From NCBI RefSeq assembly GCF_001564455.1, contig NZ_CP011391.1, forward strand, positions 600,001-632,000: 32,000 nucleotides of DNA. The letters run 5' to 3'. This document shows positions 15,953 through 26,700 of this stretch, piece after piece (positions within the stretch are counted from its first letter, which is position 1; each line of letters begins with the position of its first letter). The notes below the pieces were generated by a model. The model had not been told where the DNA came from. It did not search any database and worked only from the letters and a program-made list of their open reading frames with translations. The position numbers and the translations under genes were made by a program. The stretch is from Faecalibaculum rodentium. GTDB taxonomy: Bacteria > Bacillota_I > Bacilli_A > Erysipelotrichales > Erysipelotrichaceae.

Positions 15953-17383
15953 CTATTTGCTGCTGTTCTCTCCACTGTTGACAGCTTTATCCTGTCTGTC
16001 TGGATGCCCATCTTCAGGACCCCTGGAAAGCACAAACAGTACTCTGTTCCTGAACCGTTCCCAGTTCGTATATCCATTCGCATTGTGTTTGATCATCTTG
16101 ATGATCTTGTTTCTGTTCTCTATCATCGAGCTGGTCAGGCGATGTTCTTTCAGCCTTACATTCCCGGTCTTCGGATCGACCACATATTCCTGCTTGACGA
16201 TATGGAACGAATTGATGATTTCCCTGAACCAGTTGCGCAGGGTGTCAGCGAAACTCTGCAGTTCCTCCACACCTGTACTGTCTAGATCTCTAATCAGAGA
16301 TCTGAGCTCCTCCTCTGCAGTACTCAGGTTTTCTTTTCTGTAATACTCCGACAGCCGGTTCCGGAAGTGATACGCCTTCCTCAGGTCCGGGCTCGTATCC
16401 AGCAGTGCCTCACGCAGTTCATATCTGTTCATCTGCCTCTTCAGTCCGCTGACATAAGATCTGGGTGCTGCCGGATCAAATATCATCATCTTCTTTCCTG
16501 TCCTGTCCCTGTACCAGGCATCAGGCCTGATCCCCAGAAGTTCACTCTGATGCTTGAGCAGATAGTATTCCGGAGACCCTTTTCGAGTTCCTTTCATCAC
16601 ACGGATCCTCACTCTGTTCAGACTCTTCGTATATTCCTGGACCACATGGAACCTGTCCACGGCGAATATCGCTTTGGGAAAGAAAGTTGCAGCTATCTCC
16701 CTGTAGGGCCTGTACATATCGGACGAGATGTACTCCACTCTGTCTCGCTCGCTTCTGGGAAACTTTCGGAAATAAGCTGCCAGATACTCCTTTTTCCTGG
16801 AAGGGAGCACATCCACCGGGGACTGGGCATCGTAGTCCAGGAGCATGCATACATACTTTGAATCATCAGATTTGAAGGAATATGTTTCGTCGATCTGCAT
16901 CACCCTGCATAGTTTCACCGGCACAGGGTAACTTACACACATGTCGAATATCTTCATCACTGTCGTAGCTGAAACGTGATGACGCTCTCCTACAGAAGCA
17001 AAAGTTTCATTTGGAGACCTGAGATCTTCGATGATCGCTTTTCCTGTCAATATGGAGATCCGCTGTCTTTTCATGGCGAAGGGATTGTCTTCTCCATAGG
17101 TGCGGTGGCAGTCTTTGCATTTGTAACGCCTGGCGTTATAGATGAGAGTGCATTTGCGGTCTGTAAGGACATCATGGTTTATCACACGGGGAGTGTAGTT
17201 GAAAACGACGATGTTATGACCACCGCATCGGGGGCATTCAGGAAACGCAGGAACCAAAGTGACCTCCACAAGCATCTGACCGATGCCAGGGGAGGTCGAT
17301 ATGTTCTGGACCCTGGAAGCATCAAGACCGAACAGTTCAAGAGCTGTATTTTCCAGGGAATTTTTGACTTTTACAGCCATCAT
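15953..17383 (-). CDS. ISL3-family transposase
   Basis: 476 aa. The N-terminal zinc ribbon CPRCGGHNIV...YKCKDCHRTY is of zf-ISL3 type. It is followed by HTH-like and DDE_Tnp_ISL3-like regions (QIDETYSF..., AVDRFHVVQE..., NANGYTNWERFRNRVL). Confidence 0.9.
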   Translation of the reverse strand: MMAVKVKNSLENTALELFGLDASRVQNISTSPGIGQMLVEVTLVPAFPECPRCGGHNIVVFNYTPRVINHDVLTDRKCTLIYNARRYKCKDCHRTYGEDNPFAMKRQRISILTGKAIIEDLRSPNETFASVGERHHVSATTVMKIFDMCVSYPVPVKLCRVMQIDETYSFKSDDSKYVCMLLDYDAQSPVDVLPSRKKEYLAAYFRKFPRSERDRVEYISSDMYRPYREIAATFFPKAIFAVDRFHVVQEYTKSLNRVRIRVMKGTRKGSPEYYLLKHQSELLGIRPDAWYRDRTGKKMMIFDPAAPRSYVSGLKRQMNRYELREALLDTSPDLRKAYHFRNRLSEYYRKENLSTAEEELRSLIRDLDSTGVEELQSFADTLRNWFREIINSFHIVKQEYVVDPKTGNVRLKEHRLTSSMIENRNKIIKMIKHNANGYTNWERFRNRVLFVLSRGPEDGHPDRQDKAVNSGENSSK

Positions 17384-17386
17384 TCA

Positions 17387-17998
17387 TCACCTCGATGACA
17401 GTATGGCGGAAGGCGGAACAGGTTCCGATGAGAGGAAGGTTGGAAAGACCATGGTCTTTCCCCACTGGGCCCCGTTGGCTACAGATGTATCAGAACTACC
17501 ATTGGTTTCGTACTGCAATCGCTGAATGAACTTTGGAACAAGAGAAAAGAAGCTCCTGAAACCGGATGATGGGAATTCCGGGAACCGACGACGAAAATCC
17601 TGTACGAATCGGTACAGGGATGAGGATTCAGTATCTGGAGAGAAATCCGCCAGGCGCAGCGGCTCCCCTGCAGCAGACTTTTTCAGGGCCATGGAGGCAT
17701 CTTCGCTGGAAAACAGATAATAGGGTATGAAAATATCGGGAAGGACCCGGTGGACGTGGCGGCAGTGTGGGCAACGGACGCGTCTTATTGAGATGGTGAA
17801 AGTACCACAAGGCAGCTTAATGGTGCGGGGGACACTACCGTGACAGTGAAGATCATGACCGCAAAAAGGGCAGACGAAGAGCTTTTCACTGGAGCAGAAG
17901 GCCTGGAAAAGCAGGTCATAGATCCTCTGCAGCATCTCCTGACTTGAGATATCGGAAAGTGATCGTATCTGATTCAGGCGTTTGTCTTTCGGGGACAC
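17387..17998 (-). CDS. IS accessory protein with a CxxC...CxxC zinc ribbon (function unknown)
   Basis: 203-aa ORF with a GTG start, containing CPFCGHDLHCHG...(27 aa)...RVRCPHCRHVHRVLP. It lies inside the IS, directly upstream of the transposase and in the same frame, separated from it by TGA TGA. Confidence 0.65.
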   Translation of the reverse strand: MSPKDKRLNQIRSLSDISSQEMLQRIYDLLFQAFCSSEKLFVCPFCGHDLHCHGSVPRTIKLPCGTFTISIRRVRCPHCRHVHRVLPDIFIPYYLFSSEDASMALKKSAAGEPLRLADFSPDTESSSLYRFVQDFRRRFPEFPSSGFRSFFSLVPKFIQRLQYETNGSSDTSVANGAQWGKTMVFPTFLSSEPVPPSAILSSR

Positions 17999-18138
17999 AA
18001 ACTTCTTGAAAACCCATGTGATTATCTGTAACGTAAAGGTTGCCTAACGGTGGGACAGAGCAAAGTAGGGTCGAAACTAGATTGCACTGTCTCTTTTTCT
18101 TTCTATACAGTGTATTGTGACCGAAAAGACCTCAAGAT

Positions 18139-18198
18139 AAAAGGAGTTGTTCTGACCTTCCACCTCACAGGCTGGATAGGACAGGAACAACTCCTTTT
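18139..18198. other. Strong hairpin inside the IS near its transposase-proximal end
   Basis: AAAAGGAGTTGTTC (18139-18152) pairs perfectly with GAACAACTCCTTTT (18185-18198). T-runs follow the stem on both strands. Confidence 0.5.
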
Positions 18199-18255
18199 CA
18201 GTTTTACTGATTAAATTTGGAGGCTTGATTCGACCTCACAAATCTTTGGATATTC

Positions 18256-18263
18256 GTTTTTTG
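18256..18263. repeat. Target-site duplication, right copy (GTTTTTTG)
   Basis: See the left copy at 15862-15869. Confidence 0.75.
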
Positions 18264-18410
18264 CTTGCGGCAGGCGGATGGCCGGGATGGCTTTCATGGT
18301 TTATGGGATTCGGCCGGCAGTCAAGAGAACTGTCGTCCGGTTTTCATAAACAGCTGGATACAGATAACCATCGCAGGTCCTGTTTTTATTACACTGGAGA
18401 TCTGAATCAG

Positions 18411-19039
18411 ATGGAACGAAAAGAGAAAGGCCTGCTGTATCGGGTGGGTGATCCGGAAATCCGGAAGCTGCAGAATCGTCAGCTCGTCCTGCTGGCAGAC
18501 TACAACCGGATGAACCTGCTGACTGGGCCAGCCAAAGGACCTTGTTGAAGGAATTGTTTGCGTCGTTCGGGGAAGACAGCTGCGGCGGGAAGGATCTATG
18601 CAAACTGGGGCGGATGTTTCTGCCATGTGGGGAATCACGTGTATGTCAGTTTCAATCTGACCATGGTGGATGACGGCGAGGGCCGGATTGAAGATCACGC
18701 CTTGATCGGTCCCGGTGTCACCCTCATATCAGGTTCCCATCCCAATGATCCGATGCTGCGGAAAGATCTGTGGCAACATACGGATCCGGTTCAAGTCGGG
18801 GAAAATGCCTGGATCGATGCGGGTGCAATCGTGCTGCCGGGTGTGAGCATTGGTCGAGGTTCCGTGTTCGGGCTGGAAGTGCAGTTACACATTCTGTGCC
18901 GCATGGCTGTGTGGCTGCGTGGAATTCATGCCGGGTCATTCGCAGACTGGGTGAAAAGGACCTCCAGAGTTACGGCCGCAGCTGTCAGCTGGATGAAGTG
19001 CTGAAGCGGATGCTGGAAAAGGATGCAGGCGATTCGTGA
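18411..19039 (+). pseudogene. Maltose/galactoside O-acetyltransferase (hexapeptide-repeat Maa/LacA family), disrupted by multiple frameshifts
   Basis: Homology is spread over alternating frames.
- Frame 0: MERKEKGLLYRVGDPEIRKLQNRQLVLLADYN..., ending at TGA 18546.
- Frame 2 from 18542: LLKELFASFGEDS.
- Frame 0 again from ~18590: YANWGGCFCHVGNHVYVSFNLTMVDD...IGPGVTLISGSHPNDP...VGENAWIDAGAIVLPGVSIGRGSVFG.
- Frame 2 from ~18870: AGSAVTHSVPHGCVAAWNSCRVIRRLGEKD. Confidence 0.8.
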
Positions 19040-19130
19040 GGAGTATCCGTTCATTTCGGGATTCGCAGCAGGACTGTATTTTCTGAAAAGGGTTACAGGA
19101 GGTTTTTGCGATATTTGTACAGGGTTTTGC

Positions 19131-19159
19131 TTGTACAGACAGGTTACGGATGATATATT
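19131..19159 (+). promoter_or_regulatory. Candidate upstream rrn promoter (P0)
   Basis: TTGTAC (19131-36), a 17-nt spacer ending in TGa, then TATATT (19154-59). Confidence 0.4.
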
Positions 19160-19232
19160 TATAGAGTCTGCCGCGATTTGAACTAATCGCTAAGGCATAA
19201 CACAGAAAAGAACAAAAAGTTCAAAAAATGTG

Positions 19233-19261
19233 TTGACAGACTCTTGCGTATGAGTTAAGAT
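19233..19261 (+). promoter_or_regulatory. Candidate rrn promoter P1
   Basis: Consensus TTGACA (19233-38), a 17-nt spacer, then TAAGAT (19256-61). An A-rich UP-like tract precedes it (AAAAGAACAAAAAGTTCAAAAAATG). Confidence 0.55.
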
Positions 19262-19290
19262 ATAAGAGTGCTCAGGACAGACAGTCGTCC

Positions 19291-19320
19291 TTGACAGGGC
19301 GCCTGCTGACCTGAGAATAT
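19291..19320 (+). promoter_or_regulatory. Candidate rrn promoter P2
   Basis: Consensus TTGACA (19291-96), an 18-nt spacer containing TG (19312-13), then GAATAT (19315-20). Confidence 0.5.
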
Positions 19321-19373
19321 TAACAGGCTTGTGACTTCAGATGAGGTCTCAGGCAAAACAGGAAAGTGACCTG

Positions 19374-19429
19374 GCTGAGATGCTCCCGCTTCGGGACATC
19401 TCAGCGGGGACACGACGCTCTTTGAAAAC
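19374..19429 (+). promoter_or_regulatory. rrn leader antitermination elements: boxB-like hairpin plus boxA
   Basis: Hairpin GCTGAGATG...CATCTCAGC (19374-19405) with an inner TCCCG-CTT-CGGGA stem. It is followed by CGCTCTTTGAAAAC (19416-19429), which matches the Firmicutes boxA pattern (G/T)TTCTTTGAAAAC as I recall it. Confidence 0.6.
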
Positions 19430-19439
19430 CGGACAGGAA
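19418..19439 (+). other. 16S processing-stem, 5' strand
   Basis: CTCTTTGAAAACCGGACAGGAA is complementary to 21108-21129 (TTCCTGTCCGGTTTTGGAAGAG): 20 Watson-Crick pairs, 1 G-U and 1 mismatch. The two strands enclose the whole 16S. Confidence 0.75.
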
Positions 19440-19530
19440 AAACGAAGTAAATACAAGACGATACAACGTCGATTCTTTGAACCTGAAAAACAATCATGAA
19501 CACAAGACGCAAAGCGTCTGAGTACAGATC

Positions 19531-21066
<1,536 letters not shown>

Positions 21067-21107
21067 TAAGGAGAAAGTACAGGGGAAAAGGAAAAAGAGC
21101 AGAGTGG

Positions 21108-21129
21108 TTCCTGTCCGGTTTTGGAAGAG
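21108..21129 (+). other. 16S processing-stem, 3' strand
   Basis: Complement of 19418-19439 (see that feature). Confidence 0.75.
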
Positions 21130-21146
21130 TGTCTTCCAGGGTCGAT

Positions 21147-21170
21147 CTTTGAAAACCGTACAACGATATG
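21147..21170 (+). other. Spacer boxA plus 23S processing-stem, 5' strand
   Basis: CTTTGAAAACCGTACAACGATATG carries a second boxA-like GATCTTTGAAAAC. It is complementary to 24229-24251 (CATATCGTGTACGGTTTTCAGAG) with one G-U pair and one bulged A. Confidence 0.75.
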
Positions 21171-21300
21171 AAAGACAACAGAAGGTCTGAAGTAAAGTTG
21201 TGGAGAAATAGAAAGAAACTGAGAGAAAGAAAAGAACAGAGAAGAAACAGTTCTGAGAAAAATATCTCGAAGAAAGCACGAAAAACGTTTGAGAGAATCA

Positions 21301-24182
<2,882 letters not shown>

Positions 24183-24228
24183 TAAAGAAAGAAGCCCGCA
24201 GCTTTGCGGAAAGACAGGAAACGAAAGA

Positions 24229-24251
24229 CATATCGTGTACGGTTTTCAGAG
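24229..24251 (+). other. 23S processing-stem, 3' strand
   Basis: Complement of 21147-21170 (see that feature). Confidence 0.75.
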
Positions 24252-24281
24252 AGCGACCTGGAAGAGATGATTCCGGAAGAT

Positions 24282-24385
24282 GTGGTCATCACAGTGCTGA
24301 GGAAATACCTGTTCCCATCCCGAACACAGAAGTCAAGCTCAGAGACGGTGACGATAGCCGAAAGGCAAAAATAACAAATGGCCAC
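24282..24385 (+). rRNA. rrf: 5S ribosomal RNA (short form, ~104 nt by my count)
   Basis: Conserved core CCTGTTCCCATCCCGAACACAGAAGTCAAGCTCAG. Helix I is formed by GTGGTCAT (24282-89) and ATGGCCAC (24378-85). The helix IV/V region is reduced to GACGATAGCC-GAAA-GGCAAAAATAACAA. Confidence 0.8.
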
Positions 24386-24390
24386 TCAGA

Positions 24391-24424
24391 CAGCCGCTTT
24401 CCTCACGGATGGCGGCTTTTTTTG
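24391..24424 (+). terminator. Rho-independent terminator of the rrn operon
   Basis: GCCGCTTTCC...GGATGGCGGC imperfect stem (terminal AGCCGC/GCGGCT perfect), followed by T7 (24417-24423). Confidence 0.8.
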
Positions 24425-24510
24425 TCTGCAGCCCTCTTTCCGGGTCTCGGAGCCGGTCGGATTGCAGCCCTCTCATTTTGTCTGATTTATTCAAATGCCT
24501 GTTTCTTTCG

Positions 24511-24519
24511 TGGTAGAAT
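24511..24519 (+). promoter_or_regulatory. Candidate extended -10 promoter for the DUF1846 gene
   Basis: TGgTAGAAT, 40 nt upstream of ATG 24559. No convincing -35. Confidence 0.45.
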
Positions 24520-24558
24520 GTTGCGGAATGTGCATGGATTTCCAGGAAGAGGGACGAA

Positions 24559-26019
24559 ATGAAAACAGGATTCAATAATGAAAAATATCTGCAGATGCAG
24601 TCGGAACATATCCGGGAGCGAATTGATAAATTCGGCGATAAGCTGTATCTGGAGTTCGGTGGCAAACTGTTTGATGACTATCACGCAAGCCGGGTTCTTC
24701 CGGGCTTTGCACCGGATTCCAAGCTCCAGATGCTGCTCCAGCTCAAGGACCAGGCCGAAATCGTGGCGGTCATCAACGCGGAGCACATCGCTGCCAACAA
24801 AGTACGGCAGGATCTGGGGATTACTTATCAGGAGGATGTGCTGCGTCTGATCGACGAATTCAGGCAGGCAGGACTGTATGTCGGCAGCGTCGTCCTGACA
24901 CACACCAGTGACAAGGAATTGGCTGCAGGGCTGAAAGCAGAACTGGAGAAGAAGGGCATTCCGCTGTATTACCATTACCGGATTGCCGGATATCCCACGG
25001 ATACGGATCATATCCTGTCCCAGGATGGATTTGGCAAAAACGATTATATCGAGACCACCAGACCTCTTGTGGTGGTCACGGCTCCGGGACCGGGTTCCGG
25101 CAAGATGGCAACCTGTCTGTCCCAGCTCTACCATGAAAACCGGCGGGGGATCAAAGCGGGGTACGCAAAGTATGAAACATTTCCGGTCTGGAACCTGCCT
25201 CTGAATCATCCCGTGAATCTCGCATATGAGGCAGCCACAGCGGATCTCAATGATGTAAACATGATCGATCCCTGGCACCAGCAGGCCTACGGGGAAATCA
25301 CGGTGAATTACAACCGCGATGTGGAGATCTATCCCGTGCTGCGGCAGATGTTCTGTGAGATTTATGGAAGCAGTCCCTATGCCTCCCCCACAGATATGGG
25401 GGTCAACATGGCCGGCTTCTGCATCGATGACGAAGAAACGGTGTCCGAAGCTGCAAGACAGGAAATCATACGCCGGTATTTCTCCACCCGAAACCGGGTG
25501 ATTGCCAAGCTTTGCGATCCCCAGGAGCTGCAGAAACAGGAAATGGTGATGAAGCAGGCGGGAGTGACCATCGGCGACAGGCCTGTATTCAGCCGGGCAC
25601 GGGCCCTGCAGGATGAAACCGGGGATTTTGCGGCGGCGCTGGAGTTTGAAGACGGCACCATCATCACGGGAAAAAACTCGGAGCTGATGGGTCCGGCGAG
25701 CGCCATGATCATGAATGCGCTGAAATACAAAGCGGGTATAGATCCGTCCCGGCATCTGATCGACCCGGAGAATTTCGCACCGATCCAAAGGCTGAAGGTC
25801 AACTATTTCGGAAACCAGAATCCGCGTCTTCATACCAATGAAATGCTGATCGCGCTGTCCATGACAGCCAGAAGCAATCCGGAGGCACGGCGGGCACTGG
25901 AGCAGCTTCCCGCGCTGGCGGGCACACAAAGCCATATCACGTCCGCATTGTCGGAGGTCGATCAGTCAGTCCTGAGTTCCCTGAAAATCCAGACGACATT
26001 TGAGGCTGACAAAGTATAA
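24559..26019 (+). CDS. DUF1846 / UPF0371 family protein (conserved, function unknown)
   Basis: 486 aa, near-colinear with my memory of streptococcal UPF0371 proteins. Shared blocks: KYLQMQSEHIRERIDKFGDKLYLEFGGKLFDDYHASRVLPGF, VVTAPGPGSGKMATCLSQLYH, GYAKYETFPVWNLPLNHPVNLAYEAATADLNDVNMIDP and SPYASPTDMGVNM. Confidence 0.88.
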   Translation: MKTGFNNEKYLQMQSEHIRERIDKFGDKLYLEFGGKLFDDYHASRVLPGFAPDSKLQMLLQLKDQAEIVAVINAEHIAANKVRQDLGITYQEDVLRLIDEFRQAGLYVGSVVLTHTSDKELAAGLKAELEKKGIPLYYHYRIAGYPTDTDHILSQDGFGKNDYIETTRPLVVVTAPGPGSGKMATCLSQLYHENRRGIKAGYAKYETFPVWNLPLNHPVNLAYEAATADLNDVNMIDPWHQQAYGEITVNYNRDVEIYPVLRQMFCEIYGSSPYASPTDMGVNMAGFCIDDEETVSEAARQEIIRRYFSTRNRVIAKLCDPQELQKQEMVMKQAGVTIGDRPVFSRARALQDETGDFAAALEFEDGTIITGKNSELMGPASAMIMNALKYKAGIDPSRHLIDPENFAPIQRLKVNYFGNQNPRLHTNEMLIALSMTARSNPEARRALEQLPALAGTQSHITSALSEVDQSVLSSLKIQTTFEADKV

Positions 26020-26122
26020 TAAAGCAAAAGAATCTCAAACGGGAGACCGTCTCCGGGCTTCTTTGAGGCTGGTGCAGCCTGTCTGATCAATACCCGGAGA
26101 GTGCATGGAAGGAAAGAATCAT

Positions 26123-26407
26123 ATGGGAAAAAGCATACCTGCGTCGGGAGCCGGTGCTATCCGCATCATCCTGAAAAACAAAAAGGACTTTCATTTTGAT
26201 TTGCGGTCCAAAGAACAGGAGGGGACCAGAACCTCTTATATTTTCGATGTATTCTACGAAAATGTATCCGGGACGCTGAATATGGCAGTGGAAGACGGAG
26301 AAATCCGGATCGCGGCCATGAACCTGGGACTGGGGAAGGTCATCACTCTGTCCAATGATGAGAACCTGCGCAAACTGGGCACCTATGTCCTGAGTCAGCT
26401 GGGATGA
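26123..26407 (+). CDS. Small hypothetical protein A (94 aa; 100 aa if started at ATG 26105)
   Basis: ORF with RBS GGAAGGAAAG ending 6 nt before ATG 26123. Sequence looks beta-rich (IRIILKNKKDFHFDLRS...YIFDVFYENVSGTLNMAVEDGEIRIAAMNL). I recognise no family. The stop overlaps the next start (ATGA). Confidence 0.5.
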   Translation: MGKSIPASGAGAIRIILKNKKDFHFDLRSKEQEGTRTSYIFDVFYENVSGTLNMAVEDGEIRIAAMNLGLGKVITLSNDENLRKLGTYVLSQLG

Positions 26408-26700
26408 AACTTCATCTGTATATTGTGGTGACCCCTGCGCTGGAACAGACAGTTCACCAGGTGCAGGCAAGACTTCGGCAGGCATTGCCGGATCTGTCCT
26501 TTTCTCCCGCAGCTGAACAGCAGTCTCTGGAGAACTGTCTGGAGTTTCACGGAACTGCTGACTGTACCGGCCAGGAGGCTGAAACATTCCTTCACTGGCT
26601 GAACAATGATCCGGATGGCGAAGACGGAGAGTATTGGGCGTATGGATTCAATACCCGTATGGCAGATCCGGCCATTTATTACTTCCGCCTGGAGTTCTGA
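26404..26700 (+). CDS. Small hypothetical protein B (98 aa)
   Basis: ORF translationally coupled to ORF A by an ATGA overlap (26404-26407). Acidic and Trp/Tyr-rich C-terminal half (FLHWLNNDPDGEDGEYWAYGFNTRMADPAIYYFRLEF). I recognise no family. Confidence 0.5.
   Translation: MKLHLYIVVTPALEQTVHQVQARLRQALPDLSFSPAAEQQSLENCLEFHGTADCTGQEAETFLHWLNNDPDGEDGEYWAYGFNTRMADPAIYYFRLEF

Larger units (their letters stand above)
15870..18255 (-). mobile_element. ISL3-family insertion sequence (2386 bp) with two ORFs
   Basis: Imperfect terminal inverted repeats: GGCGCTCTAAAGTTTTGTGAGGT (15870-15892) against the reverse complement of 18233-18255, GAATATCCAAAGATTTGTGAGGT (17/23 identical, 15-nt core with 1 mismatch). 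The element is flanked by an 8-bp direct repeat. It encodes an ISL3 DDE transposase plus an upstream zinc-ribbon ORF. By eye it is less GC-rich than its flanks. Confidence 0.85.

Noticed and set aside
17381-17389. TGA-TGA between the two in-frame IS ORFs read as Trp-Trp (genetic code 4), giving one 681-aa fusion transposase
   Set aside because: Host genes in this window clearly terminate at TGA (the SEDS gene, polC, the flippase and others). Neither IS ORF contains internal in-frame TGA codons, which would be expected if TGA were a sense codon. Two consecutive stops also argue against programmed read-through.
18264-18350. 28-codon minus-strand ORF starting at 18340 and running into the IS end, as a possible gene disrupted by the insertion
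   Set aside because: After in-silico excision of the IS, its continuation would run antisense through the malQ terminator and the malQ coding region. There is no motif or RBS support.
21067-21300. tRNA genes (Ile/Ala) in the 16S-23S spacer, or tRNAs after the 5S
   Set aside because: I could find no cloverleaf-compatible sequence, no GGTTCGAATCC-type T-arm and no CCA-adjacent acceptor stem in the spacer or in 24386-24558.
26087-26587. 166-aa minus-strand ORF overlapping the two small plus-strand ORFs
   Set aside because: Its translation is P/S/Q/R-rich with no RBS. The plus-strand ORFs have a good RBS, ATGA coupling and globular-looking sequences. Which strand is coding still needs comparative confirmation, as noted in the finding.
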